Numbered from the stretch's first letter, positions 48,696 to 59,377 are shown. The stretch: DNA of 64,000 nt from an uncultured Acidobacteriota bacterium (GCA_963816725.1 CAWFMC010000009.1:30073-94072); one strand, 5' to 3'. Notes: generated from the letters alone by a model not told the origin. A program made the numbers and translations.

Positions 48696-50333
48696 TTACC
48701 TGGCGCTGTCGAGGGCCCGCAGCACACTGGGGTCGAGGTTGTACACGTCCCGAGCGAAATGCAGATCGCCGTCTGCGCCGACGCTGACCGTCCAGTAGAC
48801 AATCAGCACCGGAAGCGGCGCTTTCAGCAGGACGGTCTCGGAATCGCCGGCATCGACGACGCCCTGCACGCGTTCGCGGGTCCAGCCGTCGCCCTCGAGC
48901 AGCACCGAGGCGAGATCGAGCGGGTTCTCGACGCGGATGCATCCGGAGCTGAACGTGCGCTGATCGGCGGAGAACAGCTCTTTGCTCGGCGTGTCGTGCA
49001 GGAAGACGAAGTGCTCGTTCGGGAAGATGAACTTGACGCGTCCGAGCGCGTTATCCGGACCCGGCGGCTGCCGCAGCGTATAGCTGAAGTTCTTTGTCGA
49101 GGCTTTGGCCCAGTCGATCGAGGCAGGATCGACCGGCTTTCCCAGGCGATCCAGGATGGTGAGGTTCTTGCGGGCAATGGGGTTCTGCCCTTTGCGCATG
49201 CCCGCGAGTACGTCCTCGAGGATCCCCGGCGGCACCGTCCAATCGGGGTTTAACACGAGGTAGCGCAGATCGGCGCGGAAGGCCGGCGTCTCGCGGGCCT
49301 GTTTGCCGACCTGAGCCCGCGTCTCCCACACATTCTTCCTGTCGCGGATGAAGTACGCCTTGAACGCGGGCAGGTTCACCAGCAGGAACGAGTCGCTCAA
49401 ACCGCCGACCACCCATCGGGCGCGCTCCAGGTTGATGCGCAGTTGATCGATGCGTGACGCGACGCTCACGTTCAAGGCGTCGAGGGTCATCTTGCCAACC
49501 GTGCCGTCAGCGGTGAACCGATGGCGTTCCTGGAAGAGCTTCACTGCGGTCGCGACGTCCTTGTCGTATGCCGCGTTGTCGAGCGGCACCGACAGGGGGA
49601 GGTCACCGGTGGCCGCGAGCCGCTTGCGGATCAGAATCACGCGCGGATCGCGCACGCCGGGCTTCAGCGCGGGACCCGCCGGCACGATCGCCCAGCCACC
49701 CGATTTCGCCTCCTGCCGCAGGCGCCCCAGCTCCTTCTTCAAGCCGGCGTAGATGAAGTGATTGGGTTTGAGCGACTCGATGGCCTCGGCGGGCGCCGCC
49801 GCGGCGTCCAGCTCGGCGAGTGTCTTTTCAAGTGCCGGAGTCCCGGCTCGCGGGTCTACGTTCCACCGCGGATCGAGAGTGACCGGCTGGACCTTGCCGT
49901 AGCGCACGTGATCGACGAGCGCCGCCACGGCATCCGTGAGAAGGACCTGAAGGTCGGCGTCGGCCTCGACCGACGCGGCCTTCGACTTGTCGGCGAGCAG
50001 GCTCTCGATGGCCGCAAGGTGGTAGTCGGCGGGCGTCAGCCCGTCCTCATCGATCCGGCGGATGGCGGCGAGAATCGCCTCCGCAGCCTGAGGTCCCGTC
50101 CACGCGGGCTTGAAGGCGCGCCCCTCGAAGAACGCCGCAACCGCTCGGGCCTGGAGCAGCCGGCTCCCGCGGGCCACGCGTGCTGCCGGCGACTCGCGTA
50201 CTGCTTCGATGCGGGCGCGCAGTGCTTCCTGCAATCCGCTCGGCGGCGACAACTGGGCGTCGACCGGCAGGGACAGCACCGACAGCAGCACCAGCACGCG
50301 CGCCGTAGCCGAGCGAACAAATCGAGTTGGCAT
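48696..50333 (-). CDS. L,D-transpeptidase (YcbB/LdtD-like, PG-binding plus YkuD domains)
   Basis: Signal peptide MPTRFVRSATARVLVLLSVLSLPVDAQ. Catalytic FLHDTPSKELFSADQRTFSSGCIRV. Confidence 0.85.
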   Translation of the reverse strand: MPTRFVRSATARVLVLLSVLSLPVDAQLSPPSGLQEALRARIEAVRESPAARVARGSRLLQARAVAAFFEGRAFKPAWTGPQAAEAILAAIRRIDEDGLTPADYHLAAIESLLADKSKAASVEADADLQVLLTDAVAALVDHVRYGKVQPVTLDPRWNVDPRAGTPALEKTLAELDAAAAPAEAIESLKPNHFIYAGLKKELGRLRQEAKSGGWAIVPAGPALKPGVRDPRVILIRKRLAATGDLPLSVPLDNAAYDKDVATAVKLFQERHRFTADGTVGKMTLDALNVSVASRIDQLRINLERARWVVGGLSDSFLLVNLPAFKAYFIRDRKNVWETRAQVGKQARETPAFRADLRYLVLNPDWTVPPGILEDVLAGMRKGQNPIARKNLTILDRLGKPVDPASIDWAKASTKNFSYTLRQPPGPDNALGRVKFIFPNEHFVFLHDTPSKELFSADQRTFSSGCIRVENPLDLASVLLEGDGWTRERVQGVVDAGDSETVLLKAPLPVLIVYWTVSVGADGDLHFARDVYNLDPSVLRALDSAR

Positions 50334-50699
50334 GGGGCCTTTCTTACTCGGGTTTCGGGTGGGTAGCGGACAAAGTCTACACCCGTGAGAATCATGCGCA
50401 CCGCTCACGTTAGGTTACTTTCCGGTGAAGCACATGACCCGCACGAGCGCTCAAAGCTCGAATCGCCCATCGTATAAACGTCCACCTCGCCGTACGCGGA
50501 ACGCATCGTATCCACGGCTGGAAGCGTATCGAAAATCGGCGGACCCTGTTCATCGGGTCTGGGCCCGAATCCCTTCAGGATCAAGCCCGACTGGCGAGAT
50601 CGACACTGCGGCGTTAGGACCAAGCCGCTGGCGCGGCGGACGCTGCGCGTGAGGCGCGCTCGAACCGCGGCGTAGCGTACGGGTCACAGGAGGTGTCTT

Positions 50700-51593
50700 G
50701 TGACCCATTGTCGCCGCATCATGCTGGAGGAGCTCCAGCGCCGGAACTTCTCGCCGACGACCATTCGCAGCTATCTCTACGCCGTGGAGCGGTTCGCTCG
50801 CCACTTCAAGTGTCGGCCCGACCGTCTCAATCACACGCACCTGCGTAGCTACCAGGCGCACCTTTTGCGGACGGGGCAGCTCCAGCCAAAGACGGTCCGG
50901 CTCCACGTGTCCGCGCTACGGTTCTTCTTCGTGAAGACGTTGCGGCGTCGCTATCTCCTCGACGACACGCCGTACCCGAAGGCGCCCCAGCGGTTGCCGT
51001 TGATCCTGAGTGTGGAGGAGATGGCCCGCCTGATCGATGCGGCGGACGGCCTCTATCACCGCACGATGCTGATGGTCCTCTATTCGACGGGGATCCGCAG
51101 CGCCGAGCTCCTCCAACTGCAGGTGGCGGACATCGACAGCCGGCGCATGCTGATTCACATTCGGCAGGGGAAGGGCGGGCGCGACCGGTTCGTCCCGCTC
51201 AGCCCCACCCTCCTCGCCACGCTCCGCGTGTACTACCGGTGGATGCGGCCGCAGACGTGGCTGTTTCCCGGCATGGTGCACAACTGGCGCGCCGACAAGC
51301 CGATCACGAAGCGCGTGCTCTGGGAGGCGGTGGTGACCGCGGCGACGCGCGCCGGTTTCCGCCGACGCGTCAGTCCCCATCTGATTCGCCATTCCTACGC
51401 GACCCATCTCCTCGAAAGTGGCGCGGACCTGCGCACGATACAGCTGCTCCTCGGCCACGTGAACATCCGGCACACGGCGCTGTATCTGCATCTCTCGCAG
51501 AAGCACCTCCAGGCTGTCGCGAATCCCCTGGATGCGCTCACGATCTCGGGGCCTGATACCGCGCGGCGGTCTCGGCTGCAGCACCCGCGGTGA
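50700..51593 (+). CDS. tyrosine site-specific recombinase (phage integrase family)
   Basis: GKGGRDRFVPL (Arg), HLIRHSYATHLL (HxxR), LLGHVNIRHTALYLHL (His, Tyr). GTG start. Confidence 0.85.
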   Translation: MTHCRRIMLEELQRRNFSPTTIRSYLYAVERFARHFKCRPDRLNHTHLRSYQAHLLRTGQLQPKTVRLHVSALRFFFVKTLRRRYLLDDTPYPKAPQRLPLILSVEEMARLIDAADGLYHRTMLMVLYSTGIRSAELLQLQVADIDSRRMLIHIRQGKGGRDRFVPLSPTLLATLRVYYRWMRPQTWLFPGMVHNWRADKPITKRVLWEAVVTAATRAGFRRRVSPHLIRHSYATHLLESGADLRTIQLLLGHVNIRHTALYLHLSQKHLQAVANPLDALTISGPDTARRSRLQHPR

Positions 51594-52768
51594 CGCGGCC
51601 ACCCTTCGAGGTGGCCGACATCGTGCGCCGACATGGCGAGCGCTTCCTGGAGACCCACCGGGCGTGGGTGACCGGGCTGCACCGCCGCGTGCTCCGCGCC
51701 ATCGCGCAGTGCCGCACCGCCGCACTCGGCGGGCATCGCGATCGCTGTGAGCAGTGTGCGCACCCGGCCATCTCCTTTAATAGCTGCCGCGACCGGCACT
51801 GCCCGAAGTGTCTGACGGCGGCGCGGAACGCCTGGGTGGCCGCGCGGGAGGCGGAGCTCTTGCCCGTGGGCTACGTCCACATCGTGTTCACCGTGCCGGA
51901 GCCGCTGGCGCGCCTCGCGCTAGCCAACAAGCGTGTCGTCTACGACCTGTTGTTTCGAGCGGTCGCGGCGACGCTGCTGCAGGTGGCCGCGAATCCAAAG
52001 CGACTGGGCGCCGCCATCGGTGGGCTGATGGTGCTCCACACGTGGGGACAGCGGCTCCAGCACCATCCCCACGTCCATTGCGTCGTCCCCATGGGCGGTC
52101 TCGCGCCAGACGGCACCCGCTGGCTTCACGCCCGCCCGCGCTTCTTCCTCCCGATTCCCGTCCTCCGGAAACTCTTTCGCGGCAAACTGGTCGCCAGTCT
52201 GCGAGAAGCCCATCGCGACGGACGTGTCGACTTTCCTGGAGCGCTCGCCCCGCTGAAACCGGCCGCCGCCTTCCGGGCCTTCGTGCGATCGCTCTATCGT
52301 CAGACGTGGGTTGTGTATGCCAAGCCACCATTCGGCAGCCCGTCCCACGTGCTCCACTACCTCGCCCGCTACACCCACCGGGTGGCGATCTCCAACCACC
52401 GCCTCGTCGATGTGACGGACGACACCGTCTCGTTTCGGTGGAAAGACTATCGACACGGCAACCAAGTGCGCACGCTCACCGTCGAGTCGGAGGAGTTTCT
52501 CCGCCGCTTCCTCCTCCACGTCCTCCCGAAGCGCTTCGTGCGCATTCGCTACTTCGGCTTCCTCGCGTCACGCTGTCGGACCGTCCAGCTCCCCCAGTGT
52601 CGGCGCGCCCTGGCCGCCGCGAGCGCTCCACCCCCCGCGACACCGGCACCACCGAGATCGTGGCCGTGTCCCCGCTGCGGTGCTCCCATGCGCGTCATCG
52701 AGCGCCTGACGCCCCGGCAGATCTATCTCACGTCGCTCCTGGCCGACATCCTCCATGACACGTCATAG
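51590..52768 (+). CDS. IS91 family transposase
   Basis: GTGA overlap with the recombinase stop. Zn-binding CEQCAHPAISFNSCRDRHCPKC, HUH region LQHHPHVHCVV, Y2 motif HYLARYTHRVAISNHRL, and a C-terminal CPRCGAPM ribbon. Confidence 0.9.
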   Translation: MTRPPFEVADIVRRHGERFLETHRAWVTGLHRRVLRAIAQCRTAALGGHRDRCEQCAHPAISFNSCRDRHCPKCLTAARNAWVAAREAELLPVGYVHIVFTVPEPLARLALANKRVVYDLLFRAVAATLLQVAANPKRLGAAIGGLMVLHTWGQRLQHHPHVHCVVPMGGLAPDGTRWLHARPRFFLPIPVLRKLFRGKLVASLREAHRDGRVDFPGALAPLKPAAAFRAFVRSLYRQTWVVYAKPPFGSPSHVLHYLARYTHRVAISNHRLVDVTDDTVSFRWKDYRHGNQVRTLTVESEEFLRRFLLHVLPKRFVRIRYFGFLASRCRTVQLPQCRRALAAASAPPPATPAPPRSWPCPRCGAPMRVIERLTPRQIYLTSLLADILHDTS

Positions 52769-53016
52769 TCCTCGCCCGGCGGCCGCCAGGCGTCCTCGTG
52801 ACGCGCGCGTACGCGCGGACGCCGGAGGTCTATCCGACCGTCGCCGTCACGGCCACGCCTACGGCAGTCTCGGACACCAGGTGTCCCCTCGTCCTCCGAT
52901 CTCGAACGTCGGCGGCCTCCAGGCACGCCCGCGCGCGCGGGGTCCTGTACGATTGAAACGACATAGCTGAAGGGGCCGCGTCCGCCGCAAACGCCAGCGG
53001 CTTGGTCCAAACGGCT

Positions 53017-53089
53017 CTATCGAAAGTGACCCGGCGCTCCACATCGGAGCGACCGCGAGGCCACCTGCGCGCCGGGTCACTCTCGATAG
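53017..53089. repeat. long hairpin (21-bp arms, 31-nt loop) abutting the IS right end
   Basis: CTATCGAAAGTGACCCGGCGC (53017-53037) pairs with GCGCCGGGTCACTCTCGATAG (53069-53089). 20 of 21 positions are complementary. Confidence 0.6.
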
Positions 53090-53169
53090 AGTCCTACCGT
53101 CAGGCACGATTGATCGTGTCCCTCGGCACGAACCGCTATAATCCCCGGCGTTTGGCTCTCATTTCCGGC

Positions 53170-55803
53170 ATGCGCCTCGGCGTCTACGAAGTCATCGCCG
53201 GCATCGGCGCCGGCGGGATGGGCGAAGTCTACCGCGCTCGCGACACGAAGCTGCATCGCGAGGTCGCGATCAAAGTCCTGCCGGACGTCTCCGCCGGCGA
53301 TCCCGACCGGCTTGGGCGGTTCGAGCGCGAGGCGCACGCGCTCGCGGCACTGAACCATCCCAACATCGCTCAAATCTACGGACTGGAAGGTTCCGCGCTC
53401 GTCATGGAACTCGTCGAGGGCGAGGACCTCGCCGCGCGCATTGCGCGGGGACCGATCCCGTTAGACGAGGTGCTCGCCGTCGCGCACCAGATCGCCGACG
53501 CGCTCGAAGCCGCTCACGATCACGGCATCATCCACCGCGATTTGAAGCCGGCGAACGTCAAGGTCCGAATCGATGGCACGGTGAAGGTGCTGGATTTTGG
53601 CTTGGCGAAGGCCGTCGGCCACCCCGAGGCACGAGCGGTCAGCCCGACCGGGATCCTTCCCACGATCACCTCGCCGGCCATCACTGATGTGGGGATGATC
53701 CTCGGGACCGCGGCCTATATGGCGCCCGAGCAGGCCCGCGGGCAGGCCGTCGACAAGCGCGCGGATCTCTGGGCCTTCGGCTGCCTCGTATACGAGATGC
53801 TGACCGGCCGCCGCGCCTTCGGCGGTGACCAGGTCAACGACACGATGGCTGCGGTCCTGCGTGGCGAGCCGGACTGGGCGGTGCTTCCCGCCGACACACC
53901 CGCTTCGATCAGGCGCATGCTGCGCCGTTGTCTCGAGAAGGACCGGAAACGCCGGCTGGCTGATGCCGCCGACGCGCGACTCGAGATCGAGGCCGCGCAC
54001 GCCACGGACGACGCCGGAGTGGCCGCTGCTCCGCGACGGGCTCGCGGTCTCGCGGTGCCCATCGTCGCGACGGCCATCGTGGCGCTGCTCACCGGGGCGG
54101 CGATCGCCTGGCTCACGACACCGTCCGCACGGCCGGCCGCGCCCGTGGCGCGCTTGCAGGCCGCGTTCCCCGACCGGACCACGCTGTCGATCGCCCCGAA
54201 CGGTTCGGAGGTCGCGATCGCTCCGGATGGCTCGCGCCTCGTTTACGTCGGCCAAGCCGCGCCATCGTCGGTATCGCGACTGTTCGTCCGCACGCTCGAT
54301 CGCGGCGAGACCTCGGCGATCGCCGGAACCGAGCAGGCGCAGTACCCGTTCGTTTCGCCCGATGGAGAAACGGTCGCCTTCGTGCGCGATGGCAGTCTGC
54401 TGAAGGTTGGGGTGCGGGGCGGCAGCCCGGCGACCATCTGTTCGGGGTGCGCACCAGGCTTCTACGGCGGGGCCTGGGCCGAGGATGGCACGATCGTGTT
54501 CGCGCGTGGCGGTGGGGCAGGTGGACTGTTCCGCGTCGGTCCGGACGGACGGATCTCGCAGGTGACGGAAATCGATCGGGCCGCCGGGGAGAGCCGCCAC
54601 GGGTTCCCGTCGGTCCTTCCCGGTGGCGCCATCCTCTTCACAATCCACCCGGGCGGCAATGTACCTCCCGAGATTGCGGTGCTGGATCCCAAGGCCGGCA
54701 CGCGGCGCGTGCTCGTGCGAGGTGGAGGCCAGCCGAGCTACTCGCCGGCCGGTTACCTGGTGTATTCAACGGCCGGCGCGCTCAATGCCGTGCGGTTCGA
54801 TTTGGCGCGGCTCGCGGTCGTCGGTACGCCCGTACCGGTGCTCGATCGCGTGATCACGAAGAGCACGCAAGGGACCGATTATGCCGTCTCGCAGAATGGG
54901 TCGCTGGTCTACGCGTCAGGCGACCGGATCGGGCCGACAGACACGATCGCGTGGGTGGCCCGTGACGGCCAGGAAGAGACCATGCGTGTGCCGCCGCACG
55001 CGTACGCCATGCTCCGCGTGTCACCTGACGGGGAGTACGCGGTCCTCGATGCGCGCGACGAGGAGTTCGATCTCTGGCTCTGGGATTTCAAGAACCGCAG
55101 CATGGAGCGGCTCACGTTCGAGCCGTATTCCGATGGCTATCCGGTCTGGAGCAGGAAGAAGGAGGACCGGCGGCTGTACCTGCGTTCCGGAGACGTCGGC
55201 GAGCGAGGGCTGTTCCGGATGGATCTGCCTCGCGCACCCGTGCGACTCACGAAAGTCCCCACGCTCCCGACGACCATCAGCCCGGATGGACGGTGGCTGG
55301 TCAGCACGGGCTCGGGACTGGCGGCTGGCCTGACCATGGTTTCCACCGAGGACGGCCACGAGACGCGGGCGTTGGCTGGGACCGCCAGCGGGGCTGCGAA
55401 CGCCGACATCTCCCCCGACGGGCAGTGGATCGCGTACGAGGCGTCCGGCTCCGGCGGAAGCGAAATCTACGTGCACCCGTTTCCCGATACCGCGGCGTTC
55501 CGCCGGCAGGTGGGCGCGGGCACCCGCCCGCTCTGGTCGCCGGCCGGTGGAGAGCTGTTCTATCTCGATGCCGCGCGCCAACTGATGTCGGTTCGCGTGG
55601 GCACGACGCCGACCCTTTCGCTCGGCAACCCGACGAAGATCCTCGACAACGTGCGCGTGGTCACGCCAGGGCGCAGCTACGATGTCTCGCCGGACGGCAA
55701 GCGGTTTCTGGTAATCAAGAACGCGCCCGGCGACTCGCAATCCATCCGACAGCTCGAGGTCGTGCTGAACTGGACCGAGGAGTTGAAGCGACTGGTCCGA
55801 TGA
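53170..55803 (+). CDS. Ser/Thr protein kinase fused to TM segment and PD40/TolB-type beta-propeller
   Basis: [45 protein letters not shown]. Repeated SPDG/APDG propeller motifs. TATAAT at 53137-53142. The track start 53002 is an artefactual extension. Confidence 0.9.
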   Translation: MRLGVYEVIAGIGAGGMGEVYRARDTKLHREVAIKVLPDVSAGDPDRLGRFEREAHALAALNHPNIAQIYGLEGSALVMELVEGEDLAARIARGPIPLDEVLAVAHQIADALEAAHDHGIIHRDLKPANVKVRIDGTVKVLDFGLAKAVGHPEARAVSPTGILPTITSPAITDVGMILGTAAYMAPEQARGQAVDKRADLWAFGCLVYEMLTGRRAFGGDQVNDTMAAVLRGEPDWAVLPADTPASIRRMLRRCLEKDRKRRLADAADARLEIEAAHATDDAGVAAAPRRARGLAVPIVATAIVALLTGAAIAWLTTPSARPAAPVARLQAAFPDRTTLSIAPNGSEVAIAPDGSRLVYVGQAAPSSVSRLFVRTLDRGETSAIAGTEQAQYPFVSPDGETVAFVRDGSLLKVGVRGGSPATICSGCAPGFYGGAWAEDGTIVFARGGGAGGLFRVGPDGRISQVTEIDRAAGESRHGFPSVLPGGAILFTIHPGGNVPPEIAVLDPKAGTRRVLVRGGGQPSYSPAGYLVYSTAGALNAVRFDLARLAVVGTPVPVLDRVITKSTQGTDYAVSQNGSLVYASGDRIGPTDTIAWVARDGQEETMRVPPHAYAMLRVSPDGEYAVLDARDEEFDLWLWDFKNRSMERLTFEPYSDGYPVWSRKKEDRRLYLRSGDVGERGLFRMDLPRAPVRLTKVPTLPTTISPDGRWLVSTGSGLAAGLTMVSTEDGHETRALAGTASGAANADISPDGQWIAYEASGSGGSEIYVHPFPDTAAFRRQVGAGTRPLWSPAGGELFYLDAARQLMSVRVGTTPTLSLGNPTKILDNVRVVTPGRSYDVSPDGKRFLVIKNAPGDSQSIRQLEVVLNWTEELKRLVR

Positions 55804-55923
55804 ACTGGCCGTCAACCCGCAGGCCGCGGCCCGGTGCGAGTGACCGGCAGCGGCGGGCCTGGTGAGGGCCACCGGGACGCCGCCGTCCGCAGACACACGA
55901 AACAAGCCGGTGCGACGACCAGC

Positions 55924-56535
55924 GAGTTCTACCGCAAACCCCTCACCGGCGCCGGGGCGGAAGAGCGGATCGCTGTGTTAGGCGGCAACGCGACGCCGCT
56001 CGACATCTCGCCTGATGGAAAACTGCTGGTGTACTCGATTACCGACCCGAATACCAAAGACGATCTCTGGCTCTTGCCGCTGCAGGACCAGCGGCGCATT
56101 CCAACGAGATACTTGAACGGGCTCTTCGAGGAGCGGCACGCGCAGTTCTCGCCGGACGGCCAGAGGATTGCCTACTCATCCGACGAATCAAACCGTTTTG
56201 AGGTCTACGTGCAGACGGTCCCGGCCACAGGCTACAAGCGGCAGATGTCGTTTGAGGGCGGCTCGCGTCCGCGCTGGGGGCGCGATGGCAAGGAGCTGTA
56301 CTACCTCTCGGCGCAGGGCCGTTTGATGGTCGTTCCGCTGACGCTCGCCGCAGGTACCCTGGAGCCCGGCGCGGGCGAGCGGCTGTTCGACGTATCTCTG
56401 GCGCCCGGCAACAACCGCGCGTTCCTCTACGCCGCCGCGGCGAACGGGCAGAAGTTTCTCGCGTCGGTGGCGCCCGACGGATCGACGCCGCCCGTCACGA
56501 TCTGGATGAACTGGATAGCCTCCATCATGAGGTGA
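55924..56535 (+). pseudogene. orphan C-terminal PD40 propeller fragment (no kinase, no signal peptide, no credible start)
   Basis: LDISPDGKLLVYS, AQFSPDGQRIAYSSDESNRFEVYV and GGSRPRWGRDGKELYYL, ending NGQKFLASVAPDGSTPPVTIWMNWIASIMR*. This is homologous to the last ~200 aa of the two flanking kinases. Confidence 0.5.
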
Positions 56536-56752
56536 CGCAGACACGCTCGTCGTAATCCTCGCGTCGCATTGTTTCTCGATTCACCGCGGCGGCGTACAAC
56601 TTGGCTCGCATGCGGACCCTGACGCCGCTTCGGCGAGAGACGGAGACCTCACGGTCGCACGTCGCGGCCCGGCCACGCAACGAGGCTCCGGCCCGCTTCG
56701 TCCGAGCCGCGGATCGACCGTGCGCCTCGTGGCAACCGGTTTCTCAGCCATC

Positions 56753-59377
56753 CTAGTGTGGTGCCATCTTCGCGCGCACTTCGTCGAGCCAGCGGGAGAC
56801 GACCACGAGCGAGGGTCGGGTCACGCTGGTCAGGTTCTTGAGGAAAAGAAAACGGGTTGCGTCAACCGAGACGTCGTAGTTGCGCGCGAACTCGAGAGCA
56901 TATTGCCTGGTGGCAAACAAGCGAACCGGCGTGCCGTGGGTGAAGCTCGTGCCGCTCGAGATGGGTGTCGACATCAGCCCACCCTCGCCGTCGATGAAGA
57001 ACAACTCGCGTCCGTGACGCGCCCAGAGAGGGTGCGAGCCGCCGGTGAACGAGATCTGCCAGCGCCCGCTCTCCACATCGGGGAATGGGTGTACGTAAAT
57101 CTCGAAGTGCCCTGTTTCGTCTGACTGGTAGGCGATCCAGTGCCCGTCGGGCGCGATCTCCGCATTGAGCGTCTGCCCCTTCGTTGCCACCAGCGGCCGT
57201 TCCGGCCCGCTGTGATCCAGCGGCAGCAGCATCGCCACCGGGTACTGGCTCGCCGTGTGGTAGACGAGGAACTTGCCGTCGGGCGACACGGTCTCCGGGT
57301 ATCCCCCGGGCGGGGGCACCACGACATCTGTCGCCCCGGTCCCGTCCGCAGCTTTCCGCAAAATCCATCGGCTGCCGCTCTCTTCGGTCGCGTCGAAGAC
57401 GACGCCCCGGCCGTCGGGGATCCATGCCGGGTTGAGCTCGGCACCGCGGGTGAAGGTGAGCCGAGTGAGCGCCTTGCTGGCGAAGGTCCAGATCCAGATA
57501 TCGGCAGCCGAACTTACGGCCAGCTGCATCCCGCTCGGTGACAGCCGCGGTTCCTGGTAGCCGGCGGAGGCAGCGGTGATCGTGTCCTCACGCCCCTGAC
57601 GGTCTACCCAGACCAGCGCGCGCGGCGACGGGGGAGGCACTGATGGATACACCAGAGTACCGTCGGAGGAGATCGCGAACTGGCCGCCGCCGCTCGAGGG
57701 CACGTCCTCGACGAGCAGGACCGGAGCGCCGGTGACTTCAAGGGTCCGTGCGTTGAACGGCACCCCGAACAGGCTCCCGCCATGCAGGTAGACAAGCTGG
57801 CCGGTCGCGAGCACGTGCGCACCTGTTCCGCCCTGCACCAGCGCCTTGCGCTCGCCACCCTGCACGGACTGCACGACAATCGTGCCTTCGCCCGGCACGG
57901 CGGGACCCTGCGGCGTCACCGTGAACAGCACATGGCTGCCATCGTCCAGCATTTCAGGTTGTGAGGCACGCTCGACAGTCGCGTCGACGGAGACCAGTGA
58001 GCTGATCGCGCCACCTCCTTCTGGGACCGCGTAGATCCCCGAGGCCGCGGCAGACGTCATGCCGAAGACAATCCTCCCATTGCGCCAAATCGCACCGTTA
58101 GGAGGCGCCGGCAATTCGGCGAGCGTGATGGGAGACCCTCCCGAAACGGATATCTTCTTGAGCGTCCGCCCCCCGCCGGCAAAATAGGCGAGCCATGTCC
58201 CATCCGGAGAAAAGACCGGCTCCATGACACTTTCGTTCGTCCCGCGGATTGGCTCGGAGTCCAAGCCGTCCATGGCGCGCAAGTAGAGATGCTGGTTTGC
58301 CTGGTACACGAGCTTCGTTCCGTCGCGCGAGATTGCCAACGCGCGCCGGCCGGTTCTGGCGAGGACCTGGCCGTCCGGGAGTGAAAAGGCGAATCGCGCA
58401 ATCACATGATGCTCCGCCGGCGATTGCGTGAGCCACCAGGCGATGCCGCCGGTCGAGACTGCGACGGCAACCAGCGCGGCGGCCCAGAGCGCGCGCTCCC
58501 GGCGCTTCCGATGGATGACGACCGGCGCGGCGATGCCGGCGCCGCTGCCACCTTCTGCGATCCAGCGCAGCGAGAGCAGGACGTCGTGGGTAGTCTGAAA
58601 GCGCGCATCGGGGTCCTTGGCCAGGCACATCCGGACCAGGAACTCCAGGGCCGGTGGAGCGAGCGGCTGCAGCTGCCCGAGTGGCGGTGGGTCGTCGCTG
58701 AGGATGGCCCCGAGCAGGCGCGCCTGACTCGTGCCCTCGAACGCCTTGCGACCGGTGACCATCTCGTAGAGCAGCACCCCAAAGGCGAAGATGTCAGTTC
58801 GCGCGTCAGCCTCGTCCCCTTCGATCTGCTCGGGCGCCATGTACTGCACGGTTCCGAGCACGGTCCCGACAGCCGTGAGCGGCGCGGACGCGGTGGCGTC
58901 CATCTCGCCGGTGGGCCCGGTGGCGGCCGGTCGGAGCTTCGCTAAGCCGAAATCGAGCAGCTTGGTCATCGGAGGGGCCGCCGCGCTGGTGCCCCGCACG
59001 AGGTACACGTTGCCCGGCTTCAGATCGCGATGCGTGATATGGCGCCGATGCGCGTGGTCGAGCGCACGGGCGACTCCCGATGCGACCCGCAGCGCTTCGG
59101 CGACCGGCAGCGCGCCCCTGCCGAGCCGTTCCGCGAGCGATTCCCCCTCGAGATACTCCATCACCAGGTAATGCGTCGTCACGGAGGCCCCGGCGAGACG
59201 CGCCTCCCCGACGTCATACAGCGTGCAGATGTTGGGATCGTTCAGGGCGGAGATGCTCTTCGCCTCACGAGCGAACCGCTCGAGGAACTGTGGGTCGGCG
59301 GCGAGCCTCGCGGGCAAGACTTTGATTGCGACCCAGCGGTTCAGGCGGCCATCGTGGGCTTTGTAAACTTCGCCCAT
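56753..59377 (-). CDS. Ser/Thr protein kinase fused to PD40/TolB-type beta-propeller; canonical start codon missing
   Basis: HRDLKPGNV, DFGLA, YMAPEQ and PD40 repeats. The first ATG (59377) lies inside the Gly-rich loop ([10 protein letters not shown]). Homology continues in frame upstream (LHETPLTAGTRLGPYQIESSLGAGG) to about 59452 with no ATG/GTG/TTG. Confidence 0.75.
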   Translation of the reverse strand: MGEVYKAHDGRLNRWVAIKVLPARLAADPQFLERFAREAKSISALNDPNICTLYDVGEARLAGASVTTHYLVMEYLEGESLAERLGRGALPVAEALRVASGVARALDHAHRRHITHRDLKPGNVYLVRGTSAAAPPMTKLLDFGLAKLRPAATGPTGEMDATASAPLTAVGTVLGTVQYMAPEQIEGDEADARTDIFAFGVLLYEMVTGRKAFEGTSQARLLGAILSDDPPPLGQLQPLAPPALEFLVRMCLAKDPDARFQTTHDVLLSLRWIAEGGSGAGIAAPVVIHRKRRERALWAAALVAVAVSTGGIAWWLTQSPAEHHVIARFAFSLPDGQVLARTGRRALAISRDGTKLVYQANQHLYLRAMDGLDSEPIRGTNESVMEPVFSPDGTWLAYFAGGGRTLKKISVSGGSPITLAELPAPPNGAIWRNGRIVFGMTSAAASGIYAVPEGGGAISSLVSVDATVERASQPEMLDDGSHVLFTVTPQGPAVPGEGTIVVQSVQGGERKALVQGGTGAHVLATGQLVYLHGGSLFGVPFNARTLEVTGAPVLLVEDVPSSGGGQFAISSDGTLVYPSVPPPSPRALVWVDRQGREDTITAASAGYQEPRLSPSGMQLAVSSAADIWIWTFASKALTRLTFTRGAELNPAWIPDGRGVVFDATEESGSRWILRKAADGTGATDVVVPPPGGYPETVSPDGKFLVYHTASQYPVAMLLPLDHSGPERPLVATKGQTLNAEIAPDGHWIAYQSDETGHFEIYVHPFPDVESGRWQISFTGGSHPLWARHGRELFFIDGEGGLMSTPISSGTSFTHGTPVRLFATRQYALEFARNYDVSVDATRFLFLKNLTSVTRPSLVVVSRWLDEVRAKMAPH

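Larger units (their letters stand above)
50612..53013 (+). mobile_element. insertion sequence: tyrosine recombinase plus IS91-family (HUH Y2) transposase, bounded by imperfect inverted repeats
   Basis: Left end 50612-50643 is cgttaGGACCAAGCCGCTGGCGcggcggacgc. The reverse complement of the right end 52978-53013 is cgtttGGACCAAGCCGCTGGCG-tttg-cggcggacgc. That is 31 of 32 aligned positions plus a 4-nt indel. Two overlapping intact ORFs lie inside. Confidence 0.7.

Noticed and set aside
47716-48942. Long alternative-frame or antisense ORFs in the track. Examples are 47716..48942(-), 7767..9086(-), 13055..14557(+), 21495..23297(+), 62298..63464(-), 53461..54648(-), 10883..12100(+), 37421..38365(-) and the 5' 1.2 kb of 24645..26378(+).
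   Set aside because: Each overlaps a gene with clear domain signatures on the other strand or in another frame. Their translations are Arg/Ala/Gly/Pro-rich low complexity, which is typical of stop-codon-poor high-GC DNA.
53002-53169. N-terminal 56-aa extension of the kinase ORF (track start 53002).
   Set aside because: The extension covers the IS inverted repeat and the hairpin. Kinase homology starts at MRLGVYEV (ATG 53170), as in the paralogs.
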